Assembly (NCBI GenBank): GCA_019828565.1
Contig: JAHDYR010000025.1
Coordinates: 960,509 to 1,024,508 of the forward strand
Length of the DNA: 64,000 nt
DNA from: Carpediemonas membranifera BICM
Taxonomy: Eukaryota > Protista > Fornicata
Direction: 5' to 3'
Under the pieces are notes generated by a model. It made no database searches, had not been told where the DNA came from, and saw only the letters and a program-made list of their open reading frames with translations. Shown here piece by piece: positions 10,384-22,294 of this stretch (positions are counted from its first letter, which is position 1; every line of letters starts with the position of its first letter). The translations under genes were made by a program, and so were the position numbers.

Positions 10384-11993
10384 TTATGAACCATACGGGT
10401 CGATGTCGACGGGAATGATGTCTTCCCACGACTCGGGCGTCTCGCACTCGACTGGCTCAGCGCCAGCCTCGGATACCCTGAACCACTGGCCAGTAGCGTC
10501 GCGGAATGAGCTGAAGGCTTCATCTTCTTGAGTTGTGATACCAACTGCCGTCGCCTCAAAAGGCACGCTGTACTGGTTTTCTCCGTCGCATAGATGAGTG
10601 CGGCCCTCAGTGACCCAGATAAGATCATAGTCACAAAAGAATCCCTTGACTCTCTCTGGGAACCGGAATTGGGTGGCTGTGAGGCACTTGTCGCCCTCGC
10701 TGTACCCAGGCAGCAGGCCCGACTGGGCGATATGAGGTGTAACTCGGCCAGCGAAGAGCAGCTGGCGGCCGCTGAGGAAGACGTTGAAGAATAATTCAAA
10801 GGCTATGATCCGGTCGACCCTGAATGGCAGCTCCTCGAAGCCGGTCATCTCGTTCTCGTGACCGAGACCCAGCCGGCCATTCTCGTTCCATCCGCCGATC
10901 ACCTGCCGATCGCCCATTGACAGGATAACAGTGTAGAATGAATCCACGATGTGATCTGCGACAAAGCCAGTGGGTACGGCGACTGGGTGGAAGAGGTGCC
11001 TGTTCTCGTCCTCGACTGTGCCGACAAACGCTTTCGCATCCGCACCAGCCATGACAGTGCCGACCGGAGTGAAGATGAACGTTCGAGCTCTTATCAGCGA
11101 TACACCAGTCACCATCCTGTGCTTCTCCCAGGGGGGCAGGCTGGCCTCGTGCTCGGCGACCTTGGGCAGGCGGGGAAGGTGAGGCGGGTCGGGTCGACGA
11201 ACCCAGATGACTTGAACCCCAGCTGACCATATCCGCTATCACCCCAGCCCCACAGACCCTTGGGTGTCCTGGCGATGTGTGTGATCTCGTCGCTGTAGAC
11301 CTCGAGGGCCCTGGGCATCCTGGCCCTGGTGAGGGCGGCGTGATAGTCAGTGTCGAGCATGAAGAGTCGGCCCATGTACATGAGGTGGTGGTAGCAATCG
11401 CCGTATACTGTGTACTGATAGCTCTCGCCGTCCTTCTCGGCGACGTTCAGCGAGAAGAAGAACTTGCGGCAGAGGAACCAGAGGCACTTGGCCTCGGGGG
11501 TGAGAGCCTTGCGGATTCTGTTATGCATCTCAATATCATCTGGCTCCTTCTCTCGAGCCTCCTCCAGCACCCTGTCCTCTAGATCGGGGTTGGCTCCGCC
11601 ACCCAGCAGACACGCCCACACCGCGCCCTGGTTCAGCGTGTGCATGGCGATCGGGAGCTCCTCGCCGTCCGCGAGCTCGACGTTCATGGACAGCGGGGGG
11701 CCACTGGTGAGGATCGAGCGGGCGCGGTCGAGGAGGGCTTGCGCGGATGGTTCGAGAGGGTGGATCTCGGAGAGCGTGGCGAGGAGGGATTCGAGAGAAG
11801 GGACGCTCGTTGGTGTAGCAGTGCTCTTGTTGTTGTGGATCGAGGGCATCTGCTCGCGGAAGTGCCTGGAGTAGGCGTGCTGGAGCAACGAGGGGATGTC
11901 CCCGGAGATGGAGGCCGTTACAACGAGCGAGGCGCGGAATACGGAGATAAGCGCATCTTTGATGGCCGATGGCGAGGAACTAGCGCTGCTCAT
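10384..11993 (-). pseudogene. RCC1-like family copy R3 (one frameshift)
   Basis: Full-length homology; split by a 1-nt deletion at 11164..11166 into ORFs 11109..12002 and 10384..11115. Confidence 0.85.
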
Positions 11994-12517
11994 TGGTCCC
12001 AACGCTCAGTTCGGTAGTTGCTCAAATTCTGACTGCCGACTCGCCGACCACCGACGCCAGCTGCGAAGCAGGCGTGTCGCGCGAGTCATGCTCACAGTGG
12101 AGAGCCAACTAGATCATTTCCCAAGCTGCCGAGGGGCCTCTGAACTCTGCCGTGTGAAGGCCTCCCACACTGGTCAAGTTTCGGCAAGCGCGTCGGGTAC
12201 AATGTTGGCTGGTGCTCACTCCACATGCAGCAATCCAGCTCGAGAAGACCCCAAACACCTAGTAGCCTTTATTAACATCTACAAGCGACACGAGGTCATC
12301 TCTTCCCTGTGCTATCCGCAGTATATTCTGGGCGATCGGCTCAAAGTACCACTCCTGGGTCATGCTGTCCGCCATGGGGAGCCATGCACGGTGCGGGGAG
12401 AGTACAATGTTGGGCAGGGTATCAAAGGGGTGGGTGAAGGGGAGCGTGTCGTCGTGGTGCCTGGCCACGGATACATTGCAGAAGCGAGGAATACTATTCA
12501 TGTAATTCGTCAAGTAG

Positions 12518-14356
12518 TCAACTATCTATCGGATTGTGACTCCGACAACGGCGCAAAGGGCAGTCAGTCCGGACCATCCGTTGGTCTTGCTCATAGACGT
12601 CGACCGGGGTGACCTCAGCAGTGCAAGGAGGCGGCCTACCACACTCGATCAGCTCTTTCCCATCCTTTTTCAGCCCGCGCCAGCGCCCGGCACTGTCATG
12701 GATGTAAGAGGAGCAGGGTTCCCTGGAACCGATGCAGCGGTCATGCCAGGCCACTGCCGTAGTCACAATGTCAAGGCTGACTGGCACACGATCGCTGTCG
12801 GTGACATGGGTCGCCCCATTGCTGATCCAGACAACCATACGCTCGTTAGAAAAGAAGCCCGAGACATGGGATGAGAACTGGAGCGGCGTGGCAGTGAGGC
12901 ATTTCTCGCCCTGCTGGTATCCTGGAAGCAGGCCTGACTGGGCGATGTGCTCTGGGACCCAGCCGGAGAAAAGAAGCCGACTGTCAGCGAGGAAAATGTT
13001 CCAGCTGTTGCCGTGACCCAGCATCAGGTCGACCCCGAAGGGAAGCTCCTGGAACCCACACATCTCATCGTTGTGCCCGAGTCCCAACTGGCCATTCCAG
13101 TTGCGACCGCAAATCATCTGTCGATCGCCAGAAGACAGAATGACAGTTGAGCAAGCTGCCATCACATATTGTGGCACAAAGTGATCTGGAACAATGACAA
13201 GGCGGAAGAGGCTGGCCGACTTCCCGACGGAGCCGACGAAATGCCAGGATTCATAGCCAGACATCACCACGCCGAGAGGGGTGAGGATGAAGGTGCCGCC
13301 GAAGCACAGCGACACACCGGTCACCACCCTGTGCTTCTCCCAGGGGGGCAGGCTGGCCTCGAGCTCGGCGACCTTGGGGCAGGCGGGGAAGGTGAGGCGG
13401 GTCGGGTCGACGAACCCAGATGACTTGAACCCCAGCTGGCCATATTCGTTGTAGCCCCAGCCCCACATGCCCTTGGGGGTCCTGGCGATGTGGGCGAGGT
13501 GACCATCAAACTCGTGGCTGTAGACCTCGAGGGCCCTGGGCATCCTGGCCCTGGTGAGGGTGGTGTGGTGCCTTGTGTCGAGCATGAAGAGTCGGCCCAT
13601 GTACATGCGGTGATAATAGCTATTGTAATGCCCGGTATGTTGGTACTTCTCGCCGTCCTTCTCGGCGACGTTCAGCGAGAAGAAGAACTTGCGGCAGAGG
13701 AACCAGAGGCACTTGGCCTCGGGGGCGAGAGCCTTGCGGATCTTGTCGTGCATCGTGGTCTTGCCGGGCCACTTCATTCGAGCATCATCCAGCACCGTGT
13801 CCTCGAGGTCGGGGTTGGCCCCCGCCTCGACGAGCAGCGCCCAGATCGTACCCTGCAAAAGCGTGAAGATGCAGGGCGGGAGCTCCTCGCCGGGCGCCAG
13901 TGGGATGTCCATGCTCACACCGGGCCTCCCAGAAGAAAGGATGTTGACCGCTTCGGTACGCGTAACCTGACCAGTACAGGAGTGGTCCTCGGGCAGGTCC
14001 TCTCCGAACTCAAGAACGTTGGCCTCACGAACCATCTTTCCAGTGTTGCAAGGCATCTCTGCCTTCTGGGTGGGCAAGTTGGCATGTAGATGGAAAGTTT
14101 TGCCGCTTTCGATGCCTTCGGGGCTCGTAGGCTTCGTAACGCACATCGTCTCGAGACGTGAACGGATTTCGTCCAGTCTGGCTAACAAAGGCTTGATCTC
14201 CCAATCAGAAAGCTGTATACCACGTAACATATTAAGATTACGCCCAATGCCTTCGATGTGGGCATCCAGTTGCTCAAGTTCCTCTTGCCCTGCCATGAAT
14301 GATGTGAGCAGGCAATCGACTTCCAACCGAGTCGCTTCTGGTGATGAGCTCGGCAA
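12518..14356 (-). CDS. Divergent RCC1-like family member R4 (intact, start uncertain)
   Basis: Central EAKCLWFLCRKFFF...WEKHRVVTGVS near-identical to the family; unique coiled-coil-like N-terminus and diverged C-terminus. Confidence 0.8.
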   Translation of the reverse strand: MPSSSPEATRLEVDCLLTSFMAGQEELEQLDAHIEGIGRNLNMLRGIQLSDWEIKPLLARLDEIRSRLETMCVTKPTSPEGIESGKTFHLHANLPTQKAEMPCNTGKMVREANVLEFGEDLPEDHSCTGQVTRTEAVNILSSGRPGVSMDIPLAPGEELPPCIFTLLQGTIWALLVEAGANPDLEDTVLDDARMKWPGKTTMHDKIRKALAPEAKCLWFLCRKFFFSLNVAEKDGEKYQHTGHYNSYYHRMYMGRLFMLDTRHHTTLTRARMPRALEVYSHEFDGHLAHIARTPKGMWGWGYNEYGQLGFKSSGFVDPTRLTFPACPKVAELEASLPPWEKHRVVTGVSLCFGGTFILTPLGVVMSGYESWHFVGSVGKSASLFRLVIVPDHFVPQYVMAACSTVILSSGDRQMICGRNWNGQLGLGHNDEMCGFQELPFGVDLMLGHGNSWNIFLADSRLLFSGWVPEHIAQSGLLPGYQQGEKCLTATPLQFSSHVSGFFSNERMVVWISNGATHVTDSDRVPVSLDIVTTAVAWHDRCIGSREPCSSYIHDSAGRWRGLKKDGKELIECGRPPPCTAEVTPVDVYEQDQRMVRTDCPLRRCRSHNPIDS

Positions 14357-14621
14357 TCGCTCAGCATGTCAGACTTCTGGCTGACTTGGGGCCTCCCACC
14401 ACCTTTTTGAACTTTGTTGACCGTATCATGGCTGAATATGGCGGACTATCCGCGAGCTGAAGCACTGTCCGGTAATACTCCGTCGGTCAAGATCAATCTT
14501 GGGGCAGCCATCTCTCATTATCTCGCAGAGTAAGATCTTATGATTCATGGGCAGTTTTGGACACAAAGTTGATGGCAAGGATAATAATCGATGACACTCA
14601 CTGTAGACACCAACATAAGTG

Positions 14622-15632
14622 ATGCGCGTGGCTTTCTTTGGCACAAAAACGTTTGATAGAGAGTCTTTTGACGACAGTAACGAGGCCAACCATCGTTTCC
14701 ACTTCGACATCGATTATTTCGACGTTGCTCTCACCGAACGAACGCTTCCTCTCGCACACGGCTACCAGACAGTATGTGCCTTTGTTAATGACGATCTTTC
14801 GGCGCCAATCCTCCGCGATCTCCACAAGCACGGCACATCCATCATTGCCCTTCGCTGTGCCGGCTACAACAACCTTGACCTCGAGACCGCCGACGCCATA
14901 GGCATGACTGTTGTCCACGTCCCGAGCTACAGCCCCGAGGCCGTCGCCGAGCACACTGTAGCCCTCATGCTTACCCTCAACAGGAAGACACACAAGGCGT
15001 ACCAGCGTACTCGGGACGCCAACTTCAACCTGGACGGGCTCGTGGGCTTCAACCTCTTTGGCAAGACTGTGGGCATCATCGGCACAGGTCAGATCGGCCT
15101 GGCAGCCATTAGGATCTTCCGTGGATTCGGCATGAGAGTCATCGCCCATGATCCTCATGAAAGAAGCGAGGCCAAGGAGCTCGGCGCTGAGTACGTCGAC
15201 CTCGACACTCTGTTCAGACAGTCCGACGTCATTACTCTTCATTGCCCACTGTTTGAGGCAAACTACCACATTCTCAACGCTGAGGCGTTCGCCAAGATGA
15301 AGAAGGGCGTCATGGTCATCAACACCAGCCGAGGCGCGTTGCTGAACTCGGCAGACGCTATTGAGGCGCTGAAGGATGGCACCATCAGCGCACTCGGCCT
15401 CGACGTATACGAGGAAGAAAGCGAGCTCTTCTTCCAGGACAAGTCGAACGAGGTCATCCCAGATGACGTGTTCAGACGGTTGTCCGCATGTCACAACGTC
15501 TTGTTCACGGGCCACCAGGCCTTCCTGACGAGGGAGGCGCTTGTGGCCATCGCCGACACTACCCTGGAGAACCTAGCCCTGCTCGACAGAGACGACCCCT
15601 GCGACAACATCCTCCACCACAAAGGAAAGTAA
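14622..15632 (+). CDS. ldhA: NAD-dependent D-lactate dehydrogenase, bacterial LdhA type
   Basis: ALRCAGYNN, YSPEAVAEH, AYQRTRDANF, GTGQIG, INTSRG, DDVFRRLSACHNVLFTGHQAFLT match gammaproteobacterial LdhA as recalled. Confidence 0.95.
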   Translation: MRVAFFGTKTFDRESFDDSNEANHRFHFDIDYFDVALTERTLPLAHGYQTVCAFVNDDLSAPILRDLHKHGTSIIALRCAGYNNLDLETADAIGMTVVHVPSYSPEAVAEHTVALMLTLNRKTHKAYQRTRDANFNLDGLVGFNLFGKTVGIIGTGQIGLAAIRIFRGFGMRVIAHDPHERSEAKELGAEYVDLDTLFRQSDVITLHCPLFEANYHILNAEAFAKMKKGVMVINTSRGALLNSADAIEALKDGTISALGLDVYEEESELFFQDKSNEVIPDDVFRRLSACHNVLFTGHQAFLTREALVAIADTTLENLALLDRDDPCDNILHHKGK

Positions 15633-15950
15633 ATGGAATGGATGCTCCATAGAAATGATTAGGATGCCCGTCACTCTTTGTGCCAGATCATGTTGACACA
15701 ACAGACCTCAGAGCTGTCGCCGCCATGTTCATTGCGTGGTGACGAGCATGTCTCGGCGCTGTCCATGGTCATGCCCCAGCCTCGCTGAGGGTGTTGCGGT
15801 GTCAAGAGCTAAACCCAGGATTAACTAGGGTTAAGGAATGGTTTTAGCTTGACCATCACCAGCATCTCATCGTCTGCTTCGCAGCTGGCGTCGGTGGTCG
15901 GCGAGTCGGCAGTCAGAATTTGGCCATCGCCGAACTGAGCGCTGAAAGCC

Positions 15951-17582
15951 ATGAGCAGCGCTAGTTCCTCGCCATCGGCCATCAAAGATGCGCTTATCTC
16001 CGTATTCCGCGCCTCGCTCGTTGTAACGGCCTCCATCTCCGGGGACATCCCCTCGTTGCTCCAGCACGCCTACTCCAGACACTTCGGCGAGCAGATGCCC
16101 TCGATCCACAACAACAAGAGCACTGTTACACCAACGAGCGTCCCTTCTCTCGAATCCCTCCTCGCCACGCTCTCCAAGATCCCCCCTCTCGAACCAACCG
16201 CGCAAGCCCTCCTCGACCGCGCCCGCTCGATCCTCACCAGTGGCCCCCCGCTGTCCATGAACGTCGAGCTCGCGGACGGCGAGGAGCTCCCGGTCGCGAT
16301 GCACACGCTGAACCAGGGCGCGGTGTGGGCTTGTCTCATGGGTGGTGGGGCCAACCCCGATCTAGAGGACAGGGTGCTGGAGGAGGCTCGGGAGAAGCAA
16401 CCACATATGACCGATATTCATAACAGAATCCGCAAGGCTCTCACCCCCGAGGCCAAGTGCCTCTGGTTCCTCTGCCGCAAGTTCTTCTTCTCGCTGAACG
16501 TCGCCGAGAAGGACGGCAAGAGCTATCAGTGCAGCTGTAGTGGATACTACCACCACCACATGTACATGGGCCGACTCTTCATGCTCCGCACTGACTATCA
16601 CGCCGCCCTCACCAGGGCCAGGATGCCCAGGGCCCTCGAGGTCTACAGCAACGAGATCACACACATCGCCAGGACACCCAAGGGTCTGTGGGGCTGGGGT
16701 GATAACGGCTCTGGTCAGCTGGGGTTCGAGTCGTCTGGGTTCGTCGACCCGACCCGCCTCACCTTCCCCGCCTGCCCCAAGGTCGCCGAGCACGAGGCCA
16801 GCCTGCCCCCCTGGGAGAAGCACAGGGTGGTGACCGGTGTGTCGCTGATAAGAGCTCGAACGTTCATCTTCACTCCGGTCGGCACTGTCATGGCTGGTGC
16901 GGATGCGAAAGCGTTTGTCGGCACAGTCGAGGACGAGAACAGGCACCTCTTCCACCCAGTCGCCGTACCCACTGGCTTTGTCGCAGATCACATCGTGGAT
17001 TCATTCTACACTGTTATCCTGTCAATGGGCGATCGGCAGGTGATCGGCGGATGGAACGAGAATGGCCGGCTGGGACTCGGTCACGAGAACGAGATGACCG
17101 GCTTCGAGGAGCTGCCATTCAGGGTCGACCGGATCATAGCCTTTGAATTATTCTTCAACGTCTTCCTCAGCGGCCGCCAGCTGCTGTTCGCCGGCGAAGT
17201 TCCCCGTCCTATCGCCCAGTCGGGCCTGCTGCCTGGGTACAGTGAGGATGACAAGTGCCTCACAGCCACCCAGCTCCGGTTCCCAGAGAGAGTCAAGGGG
17301 TTCTGTTGCATGTTTTTGAGACTCCTCTGGGTCACTGAGGGCCGCACTCATCTGCGCAACCGTGACAAACAGTACTGTATGCCTTTTGAGGCGACGTCAT
17401 TTGGCGGCAGAGTAATACGTGGCAGAGAAGTCTACTCATTACGTGACGCCGCCGGCCAGTGGTTTATGGAGAAGACATTGCCTGATGATATAGCTGGGGT
17501 AACTAGGCTGGTCAAGTGCAAAGTACCTACTTCACAATGGGAGATCATCCCAGTCGACGTCGACCCGTGGGCCGAGCAGTAA
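15951..17582 (+). CDS. RCC1-like family copy R5 (intact, 543 aa)
   Basis: Full ORF with family framework and its own cassette combination. Confidence 0.85.
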   Translation: MSSASSSPSAIKDALISVFRASLVVTASISGDIPSLLQHAYSRHFGEQMPSIHNNKSTVTPTSVPSLESLLATLSKIPPLEPTAQALLDRARSILTSGPPLSMNVELADGEELPVAMHTLNQGAVWACLMGGGANPDLEDRVLEEAREKQPHMTDIHNRIRKALTPEAKCLWFLCRKFFFSLNVAEKDGKSYQCSCSGYYHHHMYMGRLFMLRTDYHAALTRARMPRALEVYSNEITHIARTPKGLWGWGDNGSGQLGFESSGFVDPTRLTFPACPKVAEHEASLPPWEKHRVVTGVSLIRARTFIFTPVGTVMAGADAKAFVGTVEDENRHLFHPVAVPTGFVADHIVDSFYTVILSMGDRQVIGGWNENGRLGLGHENEMTGFEELPFRVDRIIAFELFFNVFLSGRQLLFAGEVPRPIAQSGLLPGYSEDDKCLTATQLRFPERVKGFCCMFLRLLWVTEGRTHLRNRDKQYCMPFEATSFGGRVIRGREVYSLRDAAGQWFMEKTLPDDIAGVTRLVKCKVPTSQWEIIPVDVDPWAEQ

Positions 17583-17759
17583 ACGAGATCCGCATCCTTG
17601 CGCCATCCTTGTGAGTCGACTCTGCCCAGCTCCGCTCTACATCCGATGCAGCTAATTGATCGCTCCACGCTCACAGGAGTTTTACTTGCCAAGCTATGTG
17701 TGTGGGCGCTTAGTGGACGCGATCTCAATTGATGGTTTCATTTCCAGCGCACAGAACAG

Positions 17760-20700
17760 ATGAACGACGCAGATGAAGATCTAACGCTCTCTTCCAACAG
17801 TGTTGACCTTATCAAACATCCCATTGTGGCGCATGGCCGCATTGTTTCGTCTCTTCTCGCGCTGCAGGAGCTGAGCGTCCCTCCCTCAGTCTTCTCCAGC
17901 GTCTACAACAGCCTCGTAGAAGAACACGGAGCACCTAACCGTGTTTTGATTACAGGAGAGACCGTTCCCCTCACCGAAGAGCAGTTCAATGCTCGCTACA
18001 GTTCCCACCCCCACAGTGTTATCCCCTCGCTCCCCCCGCTCCACCAAATGCTCCCCGCGCCACAGAATCCTGCCCCAACACGCTTCCGTGCGGCCTTTAC
18101 TGGCAGGGAGATCCCTCGTGCGATGCACATGGCCCATGCTCTTTCTTCTTATCGCAGGATCCCGCCAAGTGCAATGGCTCTCGCGATCACGCCTCTTTTT
18201 ACCGCTTGTGGTCATCTCTCGCCTGTGTTCTGCATTGCGTTCTCTGATGACGGCAGGCTCCTCGCAACGGGTGGGGACGACGGACTGGTCAAGTTGTGGG
18301 ACACGCGGACTGGTATGCTACGCCGAACGCTCAAAGGTCATTTCCTCGGGAATACGAAGACGGATGTGATCAGCGAGATCGCCATATCGCCCGGTTCAGA
18401 ATACGCTGCGTCATGCGCCGGCACCGAGTCCATCGCTTTGCTCTACCCCTTGACGCCGGGGCCAAGGCAGTACGCCGCGATTCCCCTCAAGGCGCACGAT
18501 GGTCAGATCAACTTGGTGCGGTTTATCCCGCCTCATTTATGCAAGGAGCCGACCCTCATCACCGTAGCAGACGACGGACGCGTCTACCTGTGGCCTGCAC
18601 GTGGAGCAGAGGCCGCGCTCAACGCTGAAGGCCCTTTTGCCCCACCCCATGAGTTCGTATACGCCTGCGAGGCCGAGGTATGCTGGGTGGAGGTGTGCCC
18701 GACACCGCCGCTCAGGATTGCGGTCGTTAATGCGGCAGGGTCTGTGATTGTCACCAGAAGAGGCCAGGACGGCGCCTGGGCCAGTACAGCTGTGCACAGC
18801 TTCGGAAGCGACGGGTCGCTCGCCAGATTCACAGAGGATGGCGCCATGCTCTTGGCGTGTAGCCAGTCTGCGGTGGCTGCGTTCGATGTCTCTGACCCCG
18901 ACTCAAACCCGACTCAACTCTGGGTGTCAGATTTGACTCTGTTGCCGGCAATTGGCCCGCTGAGGAGTAGAACGCCAGTGAAAGCCCAGGTCGGCAATAT
19001 GGTCCTCTCCGGCCGCCACGCAGTTGTCACGGCCGTCCAAGAGACGCCCAGAGGCAATGGCAGATTCAGACTAATCGGCATGGCATATCTTCTAGATCTT
19101 CCTACAGGTCGTATCAGATACGGTTGGACCTCAACAACAGGGGACGTGACACCGTCCGTGACGACCATCGGCGGTCTGGTCCTCTTGGGCGGGGCTGACG
19201 GATATGTCCGGTTACTCGACCCAGATTCCCCTACCGTGCCGCTCAAGACCTTTCCCTTCCCGTCATTCAACTCCTTTCCAGGGCCCGAGACGCAGCGGAC
19301 TAGCGTTATTGTCAATGTGGCCTGCACGCATGCCGAGTCGAGCCCGACCGGACTCCTCGCCGCTCTAGCCAACGGGGAGGGCCAGATCCTGCTGGTTGGC
19401 CCCCACGCTGCCCGGGAGATACTCTGCCGGGCGCCACAGGAGCAGTTCTTCGAGCACGACTACATGCCAGTCACTGTTGACAGCGCGGGTTTCTCTGCTG
19501 ATGTCAACACGGGTCTGCCGCCGCATATGATTCGGGATCAGATGCTGTGTAGTGCCGGGCTCAAGCCATATCGTCCAGGCCTTCCGTACCACGCCCAACA
19601 GGAGTCTACTTTCACTGAGTTTTTACCAGATATGCGCCCGATCATTTCTGAAGTTGATTGGTATCTTCACGTGGCAGATTTCAAGCGGCAAACCCTCACC
19701 CGCACATGCGGAGACCCCGATATCTGCCTCCCCACCGCCATCATCAAGCCCGCCCTGCTACTTCAGACCCGACCCAGAGAGAGACCCCGAGCTCCCCCTG
19801 TCCAGCGCCAGGAGGCTGAGCGAGAGGTCGAGGATGAGTCTGACACCGACGACTACACGCACCAGGAGACTCCGGTGCGACGGATCGCCGTGCGAACACG
19901 GCGGCCTGTCCGGGGGTGGTCGGACAGTGACTCGGCTGAGTCGGAACTCGACTTGACTGACTCCGACTTTGCCCCGCAGAGGAGGCGGAGGCCTGCCCCG
20001 CCATCCCCAGTGGCGAGCCCGGAACCAGACCCTAACAGGTATCGCGTGTACTATATCCCTGGATGCGGTCCCGCCCCGGACATGCCTGCCTGGCCCAACA
20101 TCCCGTCCAAGCCAGTCGTTGATGCCGCAGACGTTCCTAGGCTCAGGACCCTGCCCGCCTCATCGTCGCGATGCCTCAACTCGTGTGCGCCGGTCGACGG
20201 GTTGTATATCCCGTGCCTGGGCGATCTTGTGGTCTACTCACCCACACTCCACCGCCAGTACGCTGCCAGCTTGCCGTTCATGAGACGCGGTGTGGCGAAT
20301 GACATCTATCCTTGCACTTTGCCGGCAGATTTTGCATTTCCGGCACGTGTGGTCGATATCGCGAGTGAATACCATTGGTCTTTTCCGGATAATCTTGCCG
20401 GGAAGTATTGCATCACGGTCCAGGTCATGGAACTCAAGCCAATATTGCCCATATCGGTTTCCAACATTGATTGGCTCAGGCGCTGGCCTCTGTGGCCGAA
20501 TCTGTTGTTTGAGATCGGTGTGACTGAAATTGAAATCCTCGAATATCGCGAGTATCTATTGAGACAATCATCCGCTGTCACCGCCGCGGCTCCTCTGATC
20601 CCCCAAGCTGTCCCGGCGTGGGCGGCGCGACTCTCAGCCCTCCAGTCTTGCCGGCTCAGGGTTGTCACGGTGCCTGAGGTCAGATCGCCCAAAATCCCTG

Positions 20701-22037
20701 CATCTCCAGTGATCTCCGCCCAATCTTTAATAGATTCACTCTCTCGGGTCCAAAGAAAGATTGGCAGTGGCATGCTCGTCACCTCGACCGTATCTCTCAA
20801 GATCGGATTCGATTTCGTCGATCCTGACCAGACCGCCCCCATGGAGACCCAAGATGACTCCGACATCGACTCCGACTCTGACTCGGCGACTCACCTCTAC
20901 TACGGAAAGACGGAGCGCACCAACAGGGGCTGGCTGTGCCGGGCGGTTGACTACGGCATCCAGGACGAGGATGACAACTACCTTGTGAACGATCGCTTCG
21001 ACCTTCACGCCGCAGCCCAGAGGCTTGAGCCTCCCCATGCTGGGGGTGCGGTGGTCATTAACGACACCACTCTCACGCCGCTCGACCTGGCGCCGTTGAC
21101 TGTACTCACGGCGCTTGAGTTTGCTGCGGAACACGCCCTCCCGCTGATTCCCTTAGATTTAGTCCAGGTTATCAAATTCACACGATCTCCGGATGCGGAT
21201 ATAGATTCAGCGATCATCCTCCGCTACGCCGGCCGAGTGCCGCTCACCCCACCGCCTCTCCCGACCGCCGCCCTTTTCCCTTTCCACGTGATACAGCTAA
21301 CTGTCACTGACTTTGAGGACGTGCTCGAGGCCCGCATGCAAGCATCTGAGTCTGAGCTCGATATTTATGAGGAGAGGCAGACCCGTAATAAGAGCCGGAA
21401 GAAGACCCGCACCCAGCGTCGTCGGAAGGCGAAGAAGCACAAGGCGCCTGCAGACGCGGCGACTTGTTTCCTCACGGCTCAGATGCCTGCCTACAAGCGC
21501 GTGTTCCCAGGCAACAACGAGCTCGGTGATGTCTTCGGTTGCGACCAACTCAAGCTCACGGTGACTCTAACGGACGATCTTGCTCTCAGATTGCAAGAAG
21601 CCAATGAAGAGAGCTACTCCAGGGCCGAGGCGAGCATCGTAGAGCTGCCTGAGGACATGGTCACGTCAGCCAAGACCCCGATGGCAATGCTCCCCATACC
21701 CGATTTCTTGCGCGAAAGAATGGCTCTTTCAATCGCCGCGCTATGCAAGCAGAGGGCGACCGTGAGCCCATGGACTTCAGCGGCAGCACTAATCACAGAC
21801 CCGGGGCAGATCGAGGGATATATGGAGGAGATTCCAGATCCGGTCCATATCTGTCTGATTCTCCGGCGTTTGCTCTCTGGTTGGTATACGCGATTGGGCA
21901 TGATTGACTGCGACTTGGCGACTCTGGCAGAGAACCCGGTGACATTTAGCGGTGACGAGGACCTGGCTGCAGTAGCTAGGGTGTTACAGCGCGATATCTT
22001 GAAGGATTTGGAGATTATCATTCGTACAAAGCGTTGA
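17760..22037 (+). CDS. BRWD/PHIP-like WD40 and bromodomain protein
   Basis: [31 protein letters not shown]; family-typical [10 protein letters not shown]...LPPH and [11 protein letters not shown]; C-terminal bromo-like [23 protein letters not shown]. Confidence 0.85.
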   Translation: MNDADEDLTLSSNSVDLIKHPIVAHGRIVSSLLALQELSVPPSVFSSVYNSLVEEHGAPNRVLITGETVPLTEEQFNARYSSHPHSVIPSLPPLHQMLPAPQNPAPTRFRAAFTGREIPRAMHMAHALSSYRRIPPSAMALAITPLFTACGHLSPVFCIAFSDDGRLLATGGDDGLVKLWDTRTGMLRRTLKGHFLGNTKTDVISEIAISPGSEYAASCAGTESIALLYPLTPGPRQYAAIPLKAHDGQINLVRFIPPHLCKEPTLITVADDGRVYLWPARGAEAALNAEGPFAPPHEFVYACEAEVCWVEVCPTPPLRIAVVNAAGSVIVTRRGQDGAWASTAVHSFGSDGSLARFTEDGAMLLACSQSAVAAFDVSDPDSNPTQLWVSDLTLLPAIGPLRSRTPVKAQVGNMVLSGRHAVVTAVQETPRGNGRFRLIGMAYLLDLPTGRIRYGWTSTTGDVTPSVTTIGGLVLLGGADGYVRLLDPDSPTVPLKTFPFPSFNSFPGPETQRTSVIVNVACTHAESSPTGLLAALANGEGQILLVGPHAAREILCRAPQEQFFEHDYMPVTVDSAGFSADVNTGLPPHMIRDQMLCSAGLKPYRPGLPYHAQQESTFTEFLPDMRPIISEVDWYLHVADFKRQTLTRTCGDPDICLPTAIIKPALLLQTRPRERPRAPPVQRQEAEREVEDESDTDDYTHQETPVRRIAVRTRRPVRGWSDSDSAESELDLTDSDFAPQRRRRPAPPSPVASPEPDPNRYRVYYIPGCGPAPDMPAWPNIPSKPVVDAADVPRLRTLPASSSRCLNSCAPVDGLYIPCLGDLVVYSPTLHRQYAASLPFMRRGVANDIYPCTLPADFAFPARVVDIASEYHWSFPDNLAGKYCITVQVMELKPILPISVSNIDWLRRWPLWPNLLFEIGVTEIEILEYREYLLRQSSAVTAAAPLIPQAVPAWAARLSALQSCRLRVVTVPEVRSPKIPASPVISAQSLIDSLSRVQRKIGSGMLVTSTVSLKIGFDFVDPDQTAPMETQDDSDIDSDSDSATHLYYGKTERTNRGWLCRAVDYGIQDEDDNYLVNDRFDLHAAAQRLEPPHAGGAVVINDTTLTPLDLAPLTVLTALEFAAEHALPLIPLDLVQVIKFTRSPDADIDSAIILRYAGRVPLTPPPLPTAALFPFHVIQLTVTDFEDVLEARMQASESELDIYEERQTRNKSRKKTRTQRRRKAKKHKAPADAATCFLTAQMPAYKRVFPGNNELGDVFGCDQLKLTVTLTDDLALRLQEANEESYSRAEASIVELPEDMVTSAKTPMAMLPIPDFLRERMALSIAALCKQRATVSPWTSAAALITDPGQIEGYMEEIPDPVHICLILRRLLSGWYTRLGMIDCDLATLAENPVTFSGDEDLAAVARVLQRDILKDLEIIIRTKR

Positions 22038-22294
22038 TCGACGTGTTTGAGTGACATTGAGCGTTTAAAAATGCAGGCAAATATGTTTATCGTTGGAGAG
22101 TGGATGGCGTATATTTGGCGAGATTTCAGGGACGACCACTTTTAAAAAATAGGCGCGACCCAGCGCAACGAGTTTGAACGCTATCGCCGGGAGATTGACT
22201 TAATCGCGAGTGCTAGCTAGGTGCTAGTTGATGCATTTGGGGGAATGAAAGGAATATTTTATATCTGCAAACTGCACAGACTAGCATACAATCT

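Noticed and set aside
10274-10447. N-terminal 58 aa of the 878-aa track ORF
   Set aside because: Alternative frame of the R3 3' end; the start at 10273 gives a signal peptide.
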